From NCBI GenBank assembly GCA_964252035.1, contig OZ176211.1: a stretch of 64,000 nt of DNA; one strand, given 5' to 3'. Positions within the stretch are counted from its first letter, which is position 1. Every line of letters begins with the position of its first letter. The position numbers and the translations under genes are program-made. Below the pieces are notes generated by a model that ran no database searches, was not told the origin of the DNA, and worked only from the letters and a program-made list of their open reading frames with translations. The stretch comes from Podarcis erhardii. Lineage: Eukaryota. Below, in pieces: positions 59,115 to 64,000 of this stretch.

Positions 59115-59489
59115 TATTTTATTTGTACTGTTTTTGCTGTTGTAAGCAGCATTAGGACCTCATGGTGAAGAGTTTCAGTAAGAAATCTAATAAACAATAA
59201 CAGCTGCTTTTGACCCTCTGTGTGCATGTACGGATGCTACTTACCAGAGCCGGTCCACCCACAAGGAAGGTTGGGGCAACAGGATCCACAGGAACAGCAG
59301 ATTCTGATACAGATCTTTATTTTCCCCCTTGTTCCTGTTGTAGATCTTCACTCACCCCTTATTCCCTGGTTCAGGGGGGTGCTTTTGCGATTGACCTCAG
59401 GTGCCAAAATGTCTCAGGCCAGCCCTGCTGCCAATATAGAAAGGGATGAACTGAACAAACTGTTTCACAGCACCTTGATCTCTGAGCGA

Positions 59490-59810
59490 TGTGAGATTCC
59501 AGGCATTCTAGGAACCCAGAGTTCATGTTTCCTTTGGAATGAGGCACAATGGAGACTGTGGTGTCTTTATGATTTATAGTTTATTTATACATATGTACAA
59601 CCTGTGCCTATGATGGAGGGGCACGAACAGGTTCTTGCTTCTGCAGCTATCTGCAGCCTTGGATTCAAGCAGAAACCAGGCATGACTCTCTCTCTCTCTC
59701 TGTGTCTTCCCAGCCTGCAGCTTTTCCAGCTTCCAGCTCACATAGCTCAACTCTTAACTTTGCCTTTGTCTTTCTAACTACCAGTGAGTTGAGGGGGGGG
59801 ACCATTTGTC
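59490..59810 (-). mobile_element. LTR-like interspersed repeat, copy 1
   Basis: Collinear with 63639-63925 (gagattcc.gg, tgtttcctttg, acaacctg..cctatgatgga.ggg, gccttgga, ctttgtc.tt.taactacc); AATAAA on the minus strand near 59582. Confidence 0.5.
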
Positions 59811-60919
59811 TTCGTGGCATAGTCGTGTTTGTATATCACTGTTGAAAGTAATAGTTTTCTGCATATCATTGGACAAACAGCACATTAAAAGGATCTGGAA
59901 CACACATGCATACAAACATACAAATCCTTCTTCAATTAAAGCTGCAATCTACCCCTCGGTGAGCTTCACACTCTGCTTCAAGAATTAAATTATGTTCTTC
60001 AATTAGCTGTATCTTTCTTTCTGCAGTTCTAGTTTCCACTCCATCAAAGAGCTAGTTTACTAAATCAATTTTAGACTCCATTAATTCCAACTTTCCTTTT
60101 TAGCAGACTCTTCTAGAGCTTGATCTTCTTGTAGTAGTATTCTACTGTCAAACACAACTTAGTCTTTTTTTAAAAAGTTTTACCAAATTTTAGCCTGCAG
60201 GCAGAAGTGTCCTAACGATTGCCTTACTTCATTGCATCTGGTCACCTGTAGTAGTAGAAACTTGCTACACCATCCTGATGTATATCAAAATATGTTGTTA
60301 CAAAAGTATGTTTTTCATCATATCAAAGACAGCATGAGAAAATGGGTAAGGAAATTAAGTAATGCACCTAAGGCAGCTGTCAAGAATGGAGCTGGCAAGC
60401 TGGGTTGTAGATGAACTGATGAGAACTGGCTCAAAGTCTTTGTAAAAGCCATCAGTAATGATAGGATTCTAACCTATGAATCCAAGTGACAGACAGACAT
60501 AGAAGATATCCCGTTATTGCTACAGCCCAGTTAGCACACAATAACATTTGCTGATCTCTTAAAATGGACCACACATAAATATACATAATTGGATTTCACT
60601 AACACTTATTGACAAAACATATGAAGAGACTCAGTTGAAAAGCACTGTGAGTTCCAGAATACAAATGTTAATTCTCTGGCTTTTTATCTGTGATTCATCT
60701 GTAATTCACACAAACCCAGTCATTTAGCCTCCTCGCTTGATGCAGAACCCTGCAGATTATCACGCTCCAACTTGTGGAGGGCAATGCAGACAGTGGTGGA
60801 GAGTGGCTGGAGCTTGCTCACTCATTGCCGCTCTTCCTGCTCATATGTTTAGCCATCCCAGAAGACAAATGACTGAATAGGGCTATAGACAAGGCATCAT
60901 TGGAAGCTGCAGTCATATA

Positions 60920-61110
60920 GTGAGGAACACTAGGCCCAGGATACCTGATGAACCGCCTTGTCCAATATCACCCTGCTTAATGACTCACATATTAATCTAA
61001 GGCCCCACTCCATGCCTTTCTGCTCCCTTAAAGAGGAGCAGATTGCCAAGCAGGAAATATGAGGGCCTTCTCAGCAATTGTGCCCAGGCTTCTGAATTCT
61101 CTGCTGTGGG
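60920..61110 (+). mobile_element. L2 ORF2 C-terminal fragment, degenerate
   Basis: ctaggcccaggatacctgatgaaccgcctt (LGPGYL...RL) and agggccttctcagcaattgtgcccaggctt (RAFSAIVPR). Confidence 0.65.
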
Positions 61111-63120
61111 AAGCCCAGGGCTGTTTTCCTGCAGATGAAAGTTTCTGCATTTGAATAGTGTGCAAATATTTTGTAGTATTAGGTAGAGGTATGCATCATA
61201 TTCAGAAAAATCCTGAACCCATACACGCACAAAACTCATCTTCTGCTCCTAACACCTCCCTATTGTGTACTTAACATGGGATTTAATGTCAAGCTACATA
61301 ATTTGTATTGTATGGGTTATTACCAGTACTAAAATAAAAGTACATTCTCCAGTTTCTTCTGCCCATAGAAAATTGGATTTGTTTTTGCCTCTAGTCTTCT
61401 CTAACTTAATGCTGCAGAGCTAAAGAAGACATGCTGAATAAGAACGTAACATTTTTATAGACACTTTAAAGGGTGGGGGGAAATCAGCTTTATGGAACAC
61501 TTCACTTTACAAATGCATTTGTGTTTTCAGTGTGCCATGGATGATGGTCATCTGTTACTTCCTAATCAGCATTTTATTACTGGCCCAGAGAGGGTTTTGT
61601 TGGATGGGTGGGAGGGAACCAATATGCTTTCAAAGCTCTGGGAAGACTAGATATTACCTGAAAATAGCATCCGCCAATATTTATATGTTTGATTTGAAGG
61701 TATGAGAATGTTTCTGATGTCTGATATGTGACCACAGAGCAAGAGGTAAAATGAAGTCACCAAATCTTGCTATCACAGTGGCCTGCCAGATGTCTATGGG
61801 AAGGCCGCAAGCAGGATTTCGGTGCAACAAAACTCTCCCCACTGAGCCAAGTGGTGCTCAGAGACATACTGCCTCCAACCGTGAAGGTACAATATAAGCA
61901 GCAGCCAAGTAGGATGGTGAGAAATAAGCTTTGTGCTATAGAATTGTCCACCCCCACCATCTATATGCATCTACTATAAAATGCTGCTTAGCCTAAACAA
62001 ACATGATGCTTCAACCAAGGTAATTAAGAATCAAGTATTTTACAGAGTGAAGGGCGCACAAACGAAGGCTAGTATTGACCTCTGTCAATATCATTCTAGA
62101 TTAGAATAATGCCATCTGCCTTTATTTGCAGTTCCCAAGATTAGTCTCTAAGCAACCAACTCACTCCCTAAGCATGCAGGGGGTAATAAAAATGTCAGTG
62201 TGGTTTCCTCCATTCCTTGAACAACACTTATCACCATTACAATGGAGACAAAGACAATGTCTAGACTCAATGGACTAGTCATTGACACTGACTTGGGTTG
62301 ATCTATAGACCATTTAAAACCTACTGGTGATGTAGTTCAGATTTTAACTGCATATATTTTATGCTAACCTAAAATGTGAGGTTCCTTGAAAGGCTCCAAA
62401 TGTTTTTTCTCTAAAAATTTTTTCACTTTCTTTCCCGTTAATAAAACAAAAGAACCCCAAGATGCTCTTTATTCCTCATACATCAAATCTTATCTAAAAG
62501 GAAAACATTCTGTCAGAGATATTGCTTAAGGCAATACAATATATTTTTGACTGTCAAAAGAAAATCACTTTGATTAAAGTGTGCCCTTTTTTCAGCCATT
62601 TTAATATTGCTGCTTTGCTGAGTGAATGCAGTGATACAGATCAACGCTTTCCCTTGAAATCAGAATTATTTCAGTTGCTGGTTGAGTGGGCCCCTATGCT
62701 TAGCTTCCACTTGATTAAAATGACTATCAGAGTGGCTTTGCACCCTGCACCCCCCACAAAAATGAGGTTAATGTGTTTTGAAGCCTTAGAAGGATGAAGT
62801 CTTTTGTGTCAGGAGACATAATGGAGTATTATGGTAGCAGTCATTCCACACAATTGAAATAGTTTATTTCATATTCAGTACCATTCACCATGGCATTTTG
62901 CTAGCAATATCAAGGGGAAATGCTTCTCTTTTCATGATTTTCCAGATCTGTTATATTAGTCAGTAGCAAATGGTAGTCAATAGGCATTTCCTGGGTTTCT
63001 ACCACTCTCTTCATCAGTACAAAGGTGAGTGGAGTATACCTGGCTCTTGGCTGGTGTAGCAGCCCTCTTTCCTCTTTGGGTGGATGTGCTCTTCTCCATA
63101 ATCCTGTTTCAATTGGCTAT

Positions 63121-63250
63121 GCCTGGGATGGGGAACTTTTGGCCCTCCAGATGTTACTAAGCTACAACTTCCATCAGCACCAGCAAGCATGGCCAATGGC
63201 CAGGGATGGTGACTATGCTTCAGCAACCTCTGGAGAGTAAAAGGATCTCC
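63121..63250. mobile_element. hAT-like hairpin MITE, plus a partial second copy to ~63300
   Basis: gggatggggaacttttggccctccagatgttactaagctacaacttccatcag / cagcaacctctggagag. Confidence 0.65.
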
Positions 63251-63638
63251 TAGCCTGCCATTGTCCATGATGACTGGGGCTGATGGGAGCTGCATGAAGT
63301 TTCCTGGACTCAGCTTGGAATTATGACCGACATAGGTGGATGCTAACATACACACACTTGCAATTCCAACCCCATAATCAGATCCAATTCCTTTACTACT
63401 GCTACCACATGGGCCACTACTCTGGCAACAACTGCTACTCCAGCAATAGTCCAAGAGCTCTCTCCATCTCCCCCATGCCAGTGCCCAGAACAAATGCTGC
63501 CACTGTAGCAAGTCAACAGTCATGGAGTTCAGGCTGATCGGTAGCTTGAGTAACAGATGGCAAAGTCATAGAGCCCTCAGGGAAAAGAAATGTTCTCAAG
63601 AATATGTATTGTTGAATGCCATCACAATCTCCAAGCAG

Positions 63639-63925
63639 TGCGAGATTCCGGGCTTTCAGATGTGTACCCAGGGTTTGTGTTTCCTTTGTGATATATGGTT
63701 TCTTTACACATATCTACAACCTGAACCTATGATGGACGGGTTCATAGCATTAATACCCCAAGTGGGCCTTGCTTCCTCCATAGCCTTGGATACAAACAGA
63801 AATCAAGCATCGCTCTGGGTTCCCAGTCTGTTGCTTCTAGTTCACATGACTCACTCTCCACTCTCAACTCTGCCTTTGTCCTTTTAACTACCTGTGAATT
63901 GAGGGAGGAGCCCTCACCCATTTGC
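63639..63925 (-). mobile_element. LTR-like interspersed repeat, copy 2
   Basis: Diverged relative of 59490-59810. Confidence 0.5.
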
Positions 63926-64000
63926 CATCTTGCACTGAGCCCCTTCCTTTGTTCCCCTTAATGGCTTGTCACCCAGAAAGGTAGCTTGGCTATTAGAAGA

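Noticed and set aside
58853-59227. 124-aa minus ORF
   Set aside because: Mostly read through the 259-bp MITE.
63014-63523. 169-aa minus ORF
   Set aside because: It spans hairpin-MITE sequence; the peptide GADGSCSLVTSGGPKVPHP is the MITE read in frame.
59490-63925. Intact LTR retrotransposon bounded by the two LTR-like repeats
   Set aside because: The copies are too diverged and the interior holds L2, CR1 and MITE pieces, with no PBS, PPT, gag or pol visible.
14200-64000. A second protein-coding gene (for example ARL5B) upstream of MALRD1
   Set aside because: No chain of exons with a recognisable product found on either strand; the remaining short ORFs look like chance or repeat-derived frames.

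Overview
AT-rich squamate genomic DNA. Sauria/Squam1, Squam2 and Squam3 SINEs together point to a lacertid lizard (inference from repeat families). The only protein-coding gene I can support is the 5' part of MALRD1 (MAM and LDL-receptor class A domain containing 1, Diet1) on the minus strand. It has five coding exons (14176-14014, 9824-9687, 3423-3329, 3244-3083, 584-488), all with GT-AG boundaries and compatible phases, joining into 218 codons: signal peptide, LDLa-like module and first MAM domain. The gene continues off the left edge. The ~50 kb upstream holds no recognisable gene. It is filled with SINEs, fragments of L1, L2, CR1 and Penelope, LTR-like repeats and many MITEs. The most unusual objects are two related, apparently 5'-complete, short (1.6 and 2.2 kb) L1-derived non-autonomous retroelements. 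One has a 16-bp target-site duplication and no ORF. The other keeps an open 175-codon coiled-coil ORF1-like frame plus the last ~50 codons of ORF2. Also notable: a MITE holding four tandem hairpins, a degenerate ~64-bp array, a MITE nested in a MITE, and an HNF4/GATA/CDX motif cluster upstream of MALRD1. Family names and the human MALRD1 comparison come from recalled consensus sequences, not database searches.
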